A stretch of DNA of 64,000 nt, taken from NCBI RefSeq assembly GCF_006345805.1, contig NC_043005.1, positions 51,584,001 to 51,648,000 on the forward strand. Direction: 5' to 3'. Made by a program: the position numbers and the translations under genes. Numbering within the stretch: the stretch's first letter is position 1; the number at the start of each line of letters is the position of its first letter. The notes under the pieces were generated by a model. It was not told the DNA's origin. It was given only the letters and a program-made list of their open reading frames with translations, and did no database searches. Shown here piece after piece: positions 1 through 11,913 of this stretch. The stretch is from Octopus sinensis. Taxonomy: Eukaryota.

Positions 1-236
1 TCAGCCCTAGAACCTGACTATATTGATGTTGGAAAGATGGAGAGCAAAGTGAACACCCTGGGCAGATATAAACTCTGAATGCAGTGGAATGTAATTAAAT
101 ATTTGGAATGCCGTTTTTTTATTCTTTTTTTCTTTTTCTTTTTTTTTTTTTTTTGGATTGGGTGAACTCTGTCAATTCTGCCATGTATCTTCTCTCTTTT
201 AGAGTAATACTAATATTTGTGAATGATTCTTTTAAG

Positions 237-405
237 GTATTTATGGTGCTGGCTGCCTCATCACTGAAGGATGCCGTGGAGAAGGTGGCTATCTGATCAA
301 TGGTGAAGGTGAACGTTTTATGGAACGCTATGCTCCAAATGCCAAAGATCTTGCTTCTCGTGATGTCGTATCTCGTGCCATGACAATTGAAATTCGTGAA
401 GGCAG
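237..405 (+). CDS. SDHA: SDHA coding exon (first in window; upstream exons lie outside)
   Basis: AG acceptor 235-236, GTGAGT donor at 406. Translates (G)[55 protein letters not shown](R), the capping-domain segment of SDHA/FrdA. 169 nt. Confidence 0.97.
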
Positions 406-622
406 GTGAGTATTCTATGTTCAGATGTTTTTTCATACATGTTGTCAGCAGTGAGTATAGACAGAGGCACAACTTGTGGTAAAGACATTTACTTTGCAAC
501 GTTGTACTTTATGGTTTGATTCTACCATTTGGTAGAATCAAAGGTAAGTGTATACTACTACAGCCTTGGTTTGCAGACATGGTTACTTGGTCAAGAAGTT
601 CATTTTGCAAATTATTTCAGAT

Positions 623-960
623 GGTGCTGGTGCCACATAAAAATCACTGGTGATGGTACCACATAAAAATCACTGGTGATGGTACCACATAAAAATCACT
701 GGTGATGGTACCACATAAAAAGCATTGGTGATGGTACCACATAAAAAGCACTGGTGATGGTGTCATGTAAAAAGCACTGGTGATGGTACCACATAAAAAG
801 CACTGGTGATGGTACCATATAAAAAGCACTGGTGATGGTGTCATGTAAAAAGCACTGGTGCTGGTACCACATAAAAAGCACTGGTGATAGTACCATATAA
901 AAAGCACTGGTGATGGTGTCATGTAAAAAGCACTGGTGCTGGTACCACATAAAAAGCACC
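623..960 (+). repeat. 26-bp minisatellite, 13 units, inside a SINE
   Basis: Unit GGTGATGGTACCACATAAAAAGCACT. The last unit runs directly into the SINE segment CACTACAC...TTGGCGTTAGGAAGG...(GAT)n seen at 12350-12520 and 14620-14790. Confidence 0.92.
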
Positions 961-2214
961 CACTACACCCAAAAAAGTGATTGGCGTTAGGAAGGCAGCC
1001 AGCTGTAAGAAACCAAGCCAAAACAGATTATGGAACCTGGTGTGACTCCTGGCCTTGCCAGCTCCTGTCAGACTGTGCGACCTATGCCAGCTTAGAAAAC
1101 ATGTTAAATGATGATGTGTTCAATCACACTGCGTGACACCATCAGCAAATATCTAATACCATAGTCTTGACTCAACCAAAGCTTTTTTCAGTAAAATTTG
1201 GTAAACCAGAGCTGTGGTTGACTTGATCTCTTGACTAGTTTAGCGCCACCATGTGGTACTTGGATATCTTTAGTGGATTCTATTCTGCTGCAAACATTCA
1301 GGCTGGGTTTCTGGTCTCAGAATGACTTCCTTCTTCTTATCAGTGATGGGGCCTGACCACTGATTATCGTTTTATCTTTCACTTGTTTCAGTCATTAGTC
1401 TGTGGCCCTGCTGGGGCACTGCTTTGAGGAATGAATCGACCCCAGTGCTAATATTTTTTAAGTTCGGTACTTATTCTATCAGTCTCTTTTTGCCAAAACA
1501 CAGATGCAGACACCACACACATACACAAGACTATAATAGAAGGCACTTGCCCAAGGTGCCACGCAGTGAGATTGAATCCAGAACCATGTGGTTGGGAAGC
1601 AAATTTCTTACCATACAGCTACGCCAAAAAAAAAAAAAAAAAAAAGTCGGAGTGGGCGGCAAGTATGTCTTTATGGTTAAGTTTTGTGGGGTTCAGAGCT
1701 CAATACCAATGTGTGGTGTATAGGGTAAGAGACTTGAACCATATCTTTGGGTCGACCAAATCCTTGAAGTGTCTCTTAGACGAAATTAGGCCTCCGATTT
1801 CTCACTTAACTTCTAATGTTCTTGTGATTAAATCGCAATGGACGACTAAATATGTTTATCATTAAAGAACAAAAATAAATCATATTTTCAGATATTTTTA
1901 TCTGTATAAGGGAGACTACTCTAATCCTCTAATTTTAAAGTTACCTCCCTTGTTTTCGTTATTATGTTCTTGAGTCATTGATGAGCTTTCTACTCAGTTA
2001 ATTGGCATATTGGATTCACTTTCATCGTCATTTAACGTCCATGTTCCAAACTGGCATGGGTTGGACGATTTGACAGGGAGCCATTAATCCAAGAACTGCA
2101 TTGTGCTCCAGTGTCTGCTTTGGCATTTTTTTGTGCAATTAAATGCCATTCCCAATGCCTTTACTGTGTGCACCTGGCTGCCTTTTTTTTTTGTCCCATG
2201 AGCACTAATGAGGC

Positions 2215-2750
2215 CTATGCAGCTTTGCAAGTCTACAAATCCGAGGAAAGAGTGAGGGATGCTGCGCCCTTATGTTAGAAAGAGGTTAAGAGATGAGAAA
2301 AGGGGTTGGCGTATATTAGGTTCTTGTAGCGGAGCTACATGGCAACTTGCATTTACGAGAAAGAGAATGATTTGATGGTATCTCCAAAGAGCTAGATGAG
2401 GTGTACAGGTGGTACCACAGATAGGAAGAGTTGTAGCGGGCAGGGGTTTGCAAGAGTGTAGGTGAGGGAGAATTAGGAGAGAAGAAGGTCAGCAACATCT
2501 GTAAAAATTGTGAAAGGTTAAGAGAAAAGGGGTGAAGAGTTGTGGAGGTGAGATGGATGCTAGAGGGCTGCTAGTAACAGGGTGATAATGATGGGAGTGG
2601 AGATGACGTGTTTGGGTAGGCTGTGGGAGTAAAATGGAGATACCGACGGGCATAGTGCAAGAATAGAGATTAATTTGGTGGTCTAAGTGGGGTGCATCTG
2701 ATGGGATGGTCACTGGAAAAAAAACAGAAAGAGTAGGAGGGGGTTAGTCA
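2215..2750 (-). mobile_element. Degenerate non-LTR retrotransposon (CR1/L2-like) 3' fragment, tentative
   Basis: Non-SINE purine-rich tract. The minus strand loosely resembles the 3' end of CR1/L2 ORF2; no intact motif. Confidence 0.3.
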
Positions 2751-2924
2751 CTGCTCAGATGACTTTCATAATAAGTTTGTTTGACCAGGTTTAACTCTTC
2801 AACATTCAAACCAGCTATATTTGGCCCAAAGATTCTACCTATTTTATGTTCAAACTAGGCAGATCCTGCCTTTCACACCTATTCTACAATGCCAGTCTAA
2901 AAATCTCAAAGCTGTAAAATAATA

Positions 2925-3135
2925 TTTTCTACTTTAGGCACAAGGCCCGAAATTTTTTTTGTGGGTGGCAGTCGATTAGATCGATCCCAGTATGCAACTA
3001 GTACTTAATTTATCGACTCCAAAAGGATGAAAGGCAAAGTCGACCTCAGCGGAATTTGAACTCAGAACGTAAAGACAGATGAAATACTGCTAAACCTTTT
3101 GCCTGGCTTACTAACGTTTCTGCCAGCTCGCCACC
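2925..3135 (-). mobile_element. SINE family A copy (tRNA-like head with GAGTTCAAATTCC B box; GCCTTTCATCCTTTCGGGGTCGATAAA core)
   Basis: Reverse complement of the family at 17727, 20374, 30035, 31172, 46938, 47692, 55660, 55870, 60735, 62280 and 63690. Confidence 0.8.
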
Positions 3136-3867
3136 AGATAAGCATTACATTTGACAGGATTAATGTCTCAACAATTACAGGCTAACAAATTTCAATGTTA
3201 GTTTTTTTTTTTTTTTTTTTTTTCTTGTTTTATGCAGCCTACTCAAAAAGTATCTACCCAACTTGTGTCATTTTGTAGTGTTTTGTAGCTATCGAGGCAT
3301 ATTTTCCTGTCTCTGAAACAAACTTTGGTAATGAAATATCTGTAAGCTGACTGCAGTGGAAGCAAAGAGCATCTCCATTCTCTGCATTGCTTCCTAAATT
3401 GCAGTAGTCATACTTACTTTCTGCCCTATTGCCAAGACTTGCTGAATTAACTTCATAGAGTCCCATGTATTACACTGGAGGCACATGGCCTAGTGGTTAG
3501 GGTGTTAGACTCATGATTGTAAGTTTTGATTCCTGGACTGGGCAATGCATTGTGTTCTTAAGCAAAACACTTCATTTCACATTGCTCCAGTTCTCTTAGT
3601 AATACTGTGATGGACCGGTGTCCCATCCAGGTGGGGAATTTATGTGCCATGCAAACTGGGAAACCGGCCTTTATGAGTTGGTGTGACTTGAGGGGATAAC
3701 TTTACCTTTACTTTTTTACCTATATTTCACAGCCTATTTTTATTTTTTGTAGGTTAGATATTTTGTTAGTGAGGGAATGATGTTTGTGGTAGTACATGCA
3801 AAAGAAAAAAATGGTTTTTTAAAACTAACATCTTGTGTCACTTCTTTTTTTCTTCCCATCTTACTAG

Positions 3868-4063
3868 GGGTGTTGGTCCTGATAAAGACCATGTTTATCT
3901 ACAGCTTTCTCACTTGCCTGCGGAAGTTCTTCACTCTCGTTTACCAGGAATCTCTGAAACTGCCATGATATTTGCCGGTGTTGATGTCACTCGTGAACCT
4001 ATTCCTGTCTTACCCACTGTGCATTACAACATGGGTGGTGTCCCAACCAACTATAGGGGACAG
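3868..4063 (+). CDS. SDHA: SDHA coding exon
   Basis: TAG acceptor, GT donor at 4064. (R)[65 protein letters not shown] with the conserved HYNMGG motif. 196 nt, phase-compatible with the previous exon. Confidence 0.97.
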
Positions 4064-4974
4064 GTTAGTGATTATTTTTACGTATTTATATTTTTTGTTA
4101 TTTTTTTATCTCTCTCTTTTTTTTTTTTTTAAACCTTTACTTGTTTCACTCATTGGATTGCTGCCATGTGAGGGGCACCACCTTGAAGGCCTTAGTCAGA
4201 CAAATTGACTCTAGTACCTATTTTTTTAAGAGTCTGGTACTTATTTTGTGGAACTGCTATATCACAGGGATACAGACAAACACAACCTATCCCTACTTAA
4301 TAGGCCTCTGCACAGTTTCTGTCTATCAAATTTACTCACAATACATTGGTTAGCCTGGGGCTATAGTAGAAGTCACGTACCCATGGTTCCTTGCAATGGG
4401 ATTGAACCTGATATCACATGACTGCAATGCAAGCTTCTTAACTACACAGCCATGCCCATACCTAAAAATTTATGACCCAGGAAGATGGTCCATTATTGCT
4501 TGCTGATCATAATTGTTGAATAGTCCAATATCATCAAGTATTTAGGTTTTAGGAATTAATGTGCCTTCCAGGAGCAATTTTTCTTTCATACATTTTGTAT
4601 AATAAGAAATGAGAATGAATGCTAAACTCACAAACCTCTGTTATTCGGAAAGAAATTATTCATGAGATTTTATGCTTCTTAGAGAGCCAAAGTTTAATAT
4701 GAACATGAAATTCTATTTGTATTTCATCATTTCATCATAACCTCCACTTTTCCATACTTGCATGGGTTTGACAGAGCTCATTGAGGCAGCTCATCTGTGG
4801 CTGGATGCCCTTCCTGTCACCAACCCTGACCTGTTTCCATGGTCAGACACGCTCTCTCCTAGTATATTGGGAATGAGTGACACTGAAGGATATGGACAGG
4901 GACACGTGCACACGTATTTAGGGCAGTGCTCCAGCGTGGCTGTAGTCAAATGACTGAAACAAGTAAAAGAATAT

Positions 4975-5200
4975 ATGTCATCATTTAACAGCCATTGTCT
5001 ATGCTGGTATGGGTTGGACAGTTTGACCGGAGCTGGCAAGCTGGAGAGTTGCACCAGACTCCAGTCTGATTTGGCATGGTTTCTACTGCTGGATGCCCTT
5101 TCTAATGTCAACCACATTACGGTGTGTATTGGGTGCTTTTACATGGCACCACACAGGCGCTTCTGTGCGACGCTGTACGGGTGCTCTTATGTGGCACTGC
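4975..5200 (-). mobile_element. SINE 3' module with (GAT)n tail (family D)
   Basis: Same module on + at 960-1115, 10545-10700, 12280-12520, 14570-14790 and on - at 2030-2200 and 4750-4830. Confidence 0.75.
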
Positions 5201-5289
5201 CAGAAGTGCTTTACACCACTAGCAGGATTGGTCTTAACACATCTGCTGTGGGGTATGGGCCTTCTTGAGTACAGCCTGTATGTATGTGG

Positions 5290-5575
5290 GCGTGGGCACA
5301 ATGTCCCAGTGGTTAGGGCAGCAGACTCGTGGTTTCAATTCCCAGACTGGGCGTTGTGAGTGTTTATTGAGTGAAAACACCTAAAGCTCCATGAGGCTCC
5401 GGCAGGGATGGGGTGATCCCTGCTGTACTCTTTTGCCACAACTTTCTCTTGCTCTTTCTTCTGTTGGCCTGCTTGCTTAGCCAGCGGGGTGGCGTCATTT
5501 GAAGGCTAAAACAATGCAAAGTGCATTGTGACCAGTGATGTGTAGCAACATCTGATAGCCTGGTCAGTTTTCGTG
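5290..5575 (+). mobile_element. SINE family C (tRNA-Arg-like head)
   Basis: Head TG(G/T)CCCAGTGGTTAGGGCAGC..GGTTTC(G/A)ATTCCC shared with 30644, 33865, 39685 and 47336; body shared with 56155-56330. Confidence 0.75.
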
Positions 5576-5584
5576 ATCACAGTG

Positions 5585-5668
<84 letters not shown>

Positions 5669-5950
5669 CATGTATGATGGGCTCTTTCAGTTTCTGTCTA
5701 CCAAATCCATTCACAAGGCTTTGGTTTGTTTGGGGCCAGAGCACAAGACAATTGCTCAAGGTACCTCACAATGGTACTGAACCTGGAACTATGTGGTTGG
5801 AAAGCAAACATCTTACCACACAGCCATGCTTGTACCTATCTTGAATTATTTTCATTTTGTGTTCTGTGCTTTGTATTTCATATTTTACCATTAAAAAATT
5901 TGTGTGTGTTATATGTTTATGTTATTTGTTTATGCTTTTTCCATAAATAG

Positions 5951-6151
5951 GTTATTACATACAGACCAGAAACTGGAGATGTTGTTGTTCCTGGGCTCTA
6001 CGCATGTGGAGAAGCCGCTTGCGCATCTGTCCATGGAGCTAACCGCCTTGGAGCTAATTCATTGCTGGATCTGGTTGTGTTTGGTAGAGCATGTGCCAAC
6101 ACCATAGCTGAAGAGAATAAACCAGGAGAAACCATTGGAAAGATTTCTCAG
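5951..6151 (+). CDS. SDHA: SDHA coding exon
   Basis: TAG acceptor, GT donor at 6152. [67 protein letters not shown] with the FAD-binding [13 protein letters not shown] motif. 201 nt, phase 0/0. Confidence 0.96.
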
Positions 6152-6789
6152 GTGTGTTGAGTTTTCGCTTGCATTAACAGTTTTTGTCTTTAGTTGTTTT
6201 GCTCAGGTCAGCCCTGTTCGAGTACCATAATCAGATGTCTTTCAGTTATGACCACCCTTTTTTACTTTCAAACATTGTGCATCCAAGCTGCAATATAATA
6301 CAGGATTAATTCAAAACAATGTGAATAAATATGTGTTACATTAGACAAAATAATATGAATGCTAAAGAGTCAAAGACATGTCATTTGATGGCAGTTTGGC
6401 TGCTATTTTTAGCAGGTCAAATGAAAGAAGAAAGATCTGTCTTGTTGGAAACTAGGTTTTTAAATATGATTTAAATTATTAATATTGAACTAAGTACCAG
6501 TGAATTTGAACTTCTGGTCCATCTGTTGGTAGAAGTTTTGTACTTGGTCATTCTGGATATTTTCTCATTTATTTTCTATAAAAACTTCAGTCTTTAATTG
6601 TTTGCTTGTTACTTTTTAAATTCTGGATTTGCTTAGTTAATTCATATGTAGGTTATAAAAATTTAATCTTAGTAACCTTGCTTACTAATGAAATGCGACA
6701 TGGTCTAAAAATTTTGTCTTTTACACAAGTATATACGGTAGTTGAAATTATTGCATTAATTATTGATTTTCTTCAAATTATTTTTGCAG

Positions 6790-6882
6790 AATGCTGGTGA
6801 AGCGTCTGTTGCCAATCTTGACAAACTGCGCCATGCCAATGGAAGTATCTCAACAGCAGACTTGCGTCTGAAGATGCAAAAG
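6790..6882 (+). CDS. SDHA: SDHA coding exon
   Basis: CAG acceptor, GTATGA donor. [31 protein letters not shown]. 93 nt. Confidence 0.95.
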
Positions 6883-7083
6883 GTATGAATATGAATTTGT
6901 TCCGGGTCAGCTGTGACTCAGCAGACGTATGATTAAAGGCTTTCCGGTCATGACTTTCTTGTCTACCTATAAGTACATTGTATATTAAGGACTACATTAT
7001 CCATTGTGTCCCTCCCTTTTGATGATGTTAGGGTGTAATTTGATGGATGTTTGGTTAGTATTTTTAACAGTGACTATGTAGAG

Positions 7084-7434
7084 CAGTGGTTCTCAACTGG
7101 GGTTCATATGGCCCCTGAGGGTCCATATAATATTTTGGGGTGGTTTGTAAATTGAGGATCCATAATAGTATTTTAAGGGAGCCTGAAAAAATTTAGATGT
7201 GTATATTTGTGTGTATTGCAAAGAAAAGAAAAAAAAAAAGCAGCTAGTTTTCTTCCTCTAACATTTTACATAGTTTAACCTGCACACAAGTTAATGCATG
7301 GAAAACAGAACAAGGAATTTTGAAAGAACTTTCTATAAAATCAGTTTTTAAACAGAATGGCTAGGGGGGGGGGCACCTGAATAAACTAATAATCAAAGGG
7401 TTCTATAAATAAAAAAAATGGTTGAGAAACCCTG
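7084..7434. mobile_element. hAT (Charlie-like) non-autonomous element
   Basis: TIRs CAGTGGTTCTCAAC (7084) and GTTGAGAAACCCTG (to 7434). 8-bp flanks ATGTAGAG / GTGCAGAG match 6 of 8, consistent with a decayed TSD. Confidence 0.8.
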
Positions 7435-8890
7435 GTGCAGAGGATCTCTTGTTTGCTCTTTGAAATATGGTTATTGTTTGTAGAGTAGCAGGTTTCCCTA
7501 CTGTCTCCTATAGTATAGTTCTATAGAATGTAGTAGATCTTCATACACTCTCCTTCAGTCTCTGTAGATAAGAGTAGACATCTCTCATTAAAGGAAATGC
7601 ATCCTTCATATAGTCTTCTGTATAGGTGCAGAAATGGCTGTGTGGTAAGAAGTTTGTTTCCCAACCACATAGTTTCAGGTTCAGTCCCACTGTTTAGCAC
7701 CTTCAGCAAGTGTCTTCTATACCCATGGGCTGTCCAACGCTTTTTGAGTGTATTTGGTTGACGGAAACTAAAAGAAGCCCATCATATATACACGTATGTA
7801 TGTATTGTCCACAGATGAAATCCAGAGATTCTCCATAAAGACAGCACTTACTTGTGCTCAAAAGATTCAAGCGTAGATTTCGATGTGTTTACAGGGCATC
7901 GATTCCGCATGGTGAAGAAAGGCTATAAGAGAGATCCAGTTGTGCAGAAATAGAGGCAATTACCTCGATACCTTACCTGAAAACCTGCTGTGGTAAAAAT
8001 ATTGGCAAAGAAGGAACTGTAGTTCTAGTCTAAATACTTGCAACAATGAACCTTTCTTAAAAGCATTTAAGGACCAAATGATGGGGTTAAACCAGACAGT
8101 ATGTTAAACCTTCCACCCATGTGCTAAATATTGCATTTAGCTTTGAGACTTGTGTGAGATTTTCTATAATATGTGGCAACCTTATAAGGGGCCAGTGAAT
8201 GTAGATGATCTTGTAGTGGTGATTTGAAACGGAATTGCTAGGTAGCCAAGCAGATGTCACAATCAAACTACTGTAGTTTCAAATGATTAATCTATTATGT
8301 GACCAGTCAGCGTCAAACCATTGCGTGACTTGGTTTTCTGGAACTTTCTCATTGTTCCCTTAATAAAGAGGGTTTTTGGTGGTAATCGTGGACTGTTGAG
8401 GCAGCCATGTGTTGTCTCCATTTTCATCACCACATCCAGCCAATTAAGATAGATGGCAGATTGTAGACAAAAATTTTCATCTCCATGAATATAGCACAAT
8501 TACTTTCCAGTTGTGATAAGCCAGCCACAGATTGCTGTATCAGTTCACTTGTCACAGATCCCAAGCAGTACGTTTCTCCCAGTATGTAATCATTGTTGTT
8601 AGTATTTTGTAAAAGATCAACACCGAAAAATAAAAAAACTATGTGCAGTAATAAAGTTTGTGTGTGTTAAGCTTCATATCAGCTCTGATCAATGAAAACC
8701 AACTTCTATTTCAGGCATTGTGTATCCAGAACCACAACCACAATGTCCAATGTAATTCTTTTTTTTTTTGTGCAAGATTGTAGAGTGCGATTTCAAGGAA
8801 ATTTAATTGACTGGTATTTTTAAGAGAGTGAGCTACCATGAAGCATCTTCCTTGTTTGGGAGTCATTCATATTGGTGTTCTGTGTTTCAG

Positions 8891-8989
8891 GCCATGCAGG
8901 GTCATGCTGCAGTATTCCGAGAAGGTGATACTCTGAAGAAAGGTTGTGATGTGATGGATGGCATTTATACTGAAATGAATGATCTAAAA
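8891..8989 (+). CDS. SDHA: SDHA coding exon
   Basis: CAG acceptor, GTGAGT donor at 8990. AMQGHAAVFREGDTLKKGCDVMDGIYTEMNDLK. 99 nt. Confidence 0.94.
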
Positions 8990-11497
8990 GTGAGTATTTT
9001 TCAGCTTATTATTTGTTCTGTTCTGTTTTTTTTTGTTCAGCATGCCTCTAGGTGTGGCAGTTGAAGTAACTGAGATGATTTGCTATGGGTGGATTAAATA
9101 TTGGGTTCCCAGATCATGCAGTGTAAGTTTTAATCATGTATCATCTCAGATCCCAAGTTGTAGCTCTGATGGTGTCTTTTGCATTCGACAAGCCTCTCCC
9201 TTTTTTCTCTTGGTAAATAGAGCCTGTCAGTATTACTTTTAGAGTAAGAAGGCAGTGAGTTGGCAGAATCATTACTGCACTGGAAAAACTGCTTAGTGGC
9301 ATTTCTTCTGACTGTACATTCTGAGTTCAAATGTCACCAGGGTCGATTTTTAGCTTTTATCCTTCCAGGGTCAATAAAATAAGTACCAGTTGAACATTGG
9401 GTTCATGTAATCAACTCATCTCCTTGCCCCAAATTTCTGGCATTGTGCCAAAATTTGAAAGAATTTGATGCCAGTATTCCTTTTAGAGTGGTGTGTGTTA
9501 TGCATTTTGAACAACCTTCTAAGTTTCTTGTACCTAATTGCTGTAGCTTTGTCTTTCCACTTCAAAAAAAAAAAAAATCAACAAAACACCAGAGTATCTC
9601 AACAGTGACATTGTCCTCATATAGATCACCTTAATGACTTGGTTTCCATTAAAAGGTGACAATCTGGCAGAATTGTTAGTATTCTGAACAGCAGCATTTC
9701 TTCTGGTTTTATGTTGTGAGTACAAATTCCACCCAGGTTAATTTTACCTTTCATCCTTTCGGAATCAGTAAATTAAATACCTATGAAGAACTGGGGTTGT
9801 GATGTAATTGAATCGCCTCCTCCCAATCAAAATTTGGGCCTTGTACCTTCAGTAAAAATATAAATATATATTCCCTCCTTTTAGTTTAGTTTCAAGCACC
9901 TCTGTAACCTTTCTCTTGTCTTCTTTGGAAGCCTCCCTCATTTTCTTTTCCATTACCTCACCTCACCATCTTGCAGTACCTCAAGGTATATGTCTCTTTT
10001 GTTCTCATTCAGTGATCGAATAATATTGTCTTATAATATGGATTAGATATGTCTTGCAGTCTCTCATCCCTTGTTGCAAACTTTATCATTGGCCATACAC
10101 TAGCAACAGACAAATAAATCCACTCAACTCCATCGCTCTGTGTTGTTGTTGAGTCCCAAGTCAGCCTCTGATGAACTAGATCTATGATTAAAGACATTCT
10201 AACCATGGCCATTTCATCTTTCCTGATAGCATTATCTAATATGTCCATCCATTTTTTAAAGATATTAGGGTAGGGTTTGAGAGCCATTTAACTGTTGTTT
10301 CTTGTAAGTCAAACATGTAGAGTGTTCTCTCATTGGCTTGCTTTGATTCTCTTACTAGTAATATTTATTTGCATATCTCACTATCTGTCTCCCCTAAATA
10401 CAAGTAACCACCTATCTCCTCTACAACATGAATTTGCTCTGCACTAACATCTTCTCTCACATCTTAACCGTGCCCATCTTACATAAGAATGCACCCCTCC
10501 CATTCCTCAGGTTTTGTAGATTTACAAGCTGTGTGACAACCTCAGTGGTGCCAGTGGCATGTAAAAAGCACCCTGGACTCACTGTCAAGTGGTTGGTACT
10601 AGGATGGAGATCCAGTCGTAGAAACCATGCCAGAACAAACAGTAAAACATGATACAGTCTTTGGATCAATCTAATCTTTATCAAACTGCATGGAACATTG
10701 ATGTTGAATGATGATGATGTCTGTATTTCATAAGTTTTATCCTCTTTACTCAATCATTAAAGAAAATAGTTTTGCAGTAGAGAATCTCTTCACTTCAGCC
10801 AGTCAATGACCAACTGTTCCTGGGGCCCCAATGCCTTTTGGCACCTTGTGGATCAGAGAGAACATTCTAAAATTTCTTCCTGACTAAAAGTTTCAAAATG
10901 ATGGATGATGGTGATACACATTTATTAGGATTAGTTATTTGATCATCTGGAAATGTTTCTAAAGCCTCAAGTCTTCTCGGAGAAGGCAGCTAAGAAAATC
11001 TCTTGCTAACCAGTGCGCACCTGATGATACAGGTAACTTGGTAACTGATCATATACAATTATAATATCCATGTTTATGTGCACATGCACACACACACACA
11101 CACACATGTACCCACTCATTTGGTGGCAGGGTATACACATCTGGGATTGGATGGAGGTGGTAGGGAATTCATTGTCGAAGGTTGGTGATGGTGGTGGCTG
11201 AGTAGTTGGTGTTTCTTTTGCATTTTCCATTAAACATCAGCCGTCTTTCTGATTACAGGTATGGCTTGTATTTATTGTGATGTTACCACAAATACATGTA
11301 TCGATACAATTATATTTCTCTTAGTTGTACCCATGGAAATTCCATGGATATTTTGAAAACACACACTCTCTCTCTTTCACTTTATGTATATCTGTCTCTC
11401 TCACTCTCTTTCTTTCACAGCTTTGCTAGCATTTGCATTTTCGCATGTCTGTGTAGGAGTAACTTGTTATAATCAAAATAATTATTTTCTTCTCCAG

Positions 11498-11641
11498 GTG
11501 AGTGATCGTGGATTGGTTTGGAATACAGATCTCGTTGAGACTTTAGAACTACAAAATCTCATGTTAAATGCTGTGCAGGCTATCCATTCTGCCGAAAATA
11601 GGAAAGAATCTCGTGGGGCTCATGCCAGGGAGGACTTTAAG
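11498..11641 (+). CDS. SDHA: SDHA coding exon with non-canonical GC donor
   Basis: TTCTTCTCCAG acceptor. [48 protein letters not shown], ending AAG|GCAAGT. 144 nt, in frame with the next exon only if the GC at 11642 is the donor. Confidence 0.93.
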
Positions 11642-11882
11642 GCAAGTACTGTTGAACATTGTAAATTACTCTTTCTTGTTCTTCTTGTTAAAAGATAATG
11701 TTTTTTATCATTAAAAAAGAGCCCAGTTCGTGATTGTTGTGGTTAAGACATTTGTTTTGCAATCACTTGGTTTTAGGTTCAGTCCCACTGTATGGCACCT
11801 TGGGCAAATGTCTTCTATAGGCCCTGGGCCAGTCCATGCCTTGCAAATGAATTTGGTAGGCGTAAACTGTGTAGCAACTAGT

Positions 11883-11913
<31 letters not shown>

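Noticed and set aside
119-499. 126-aa minus-strand ORF
   Set aside because: Antisense to the SDHA exon at 237-405; no independent protein features.
623-960. CRISPR array
   Set aside because: Head-to-tail units with no unique spacers; eukaryotic intron; no cas genes.
8250-8500. Possible reverse-transcriptase fragment on the minus strand (HGCLNSP ~ QGCLLSP)
   Set aside because: One weak motif with stops nearby; not supportable without a profile search.
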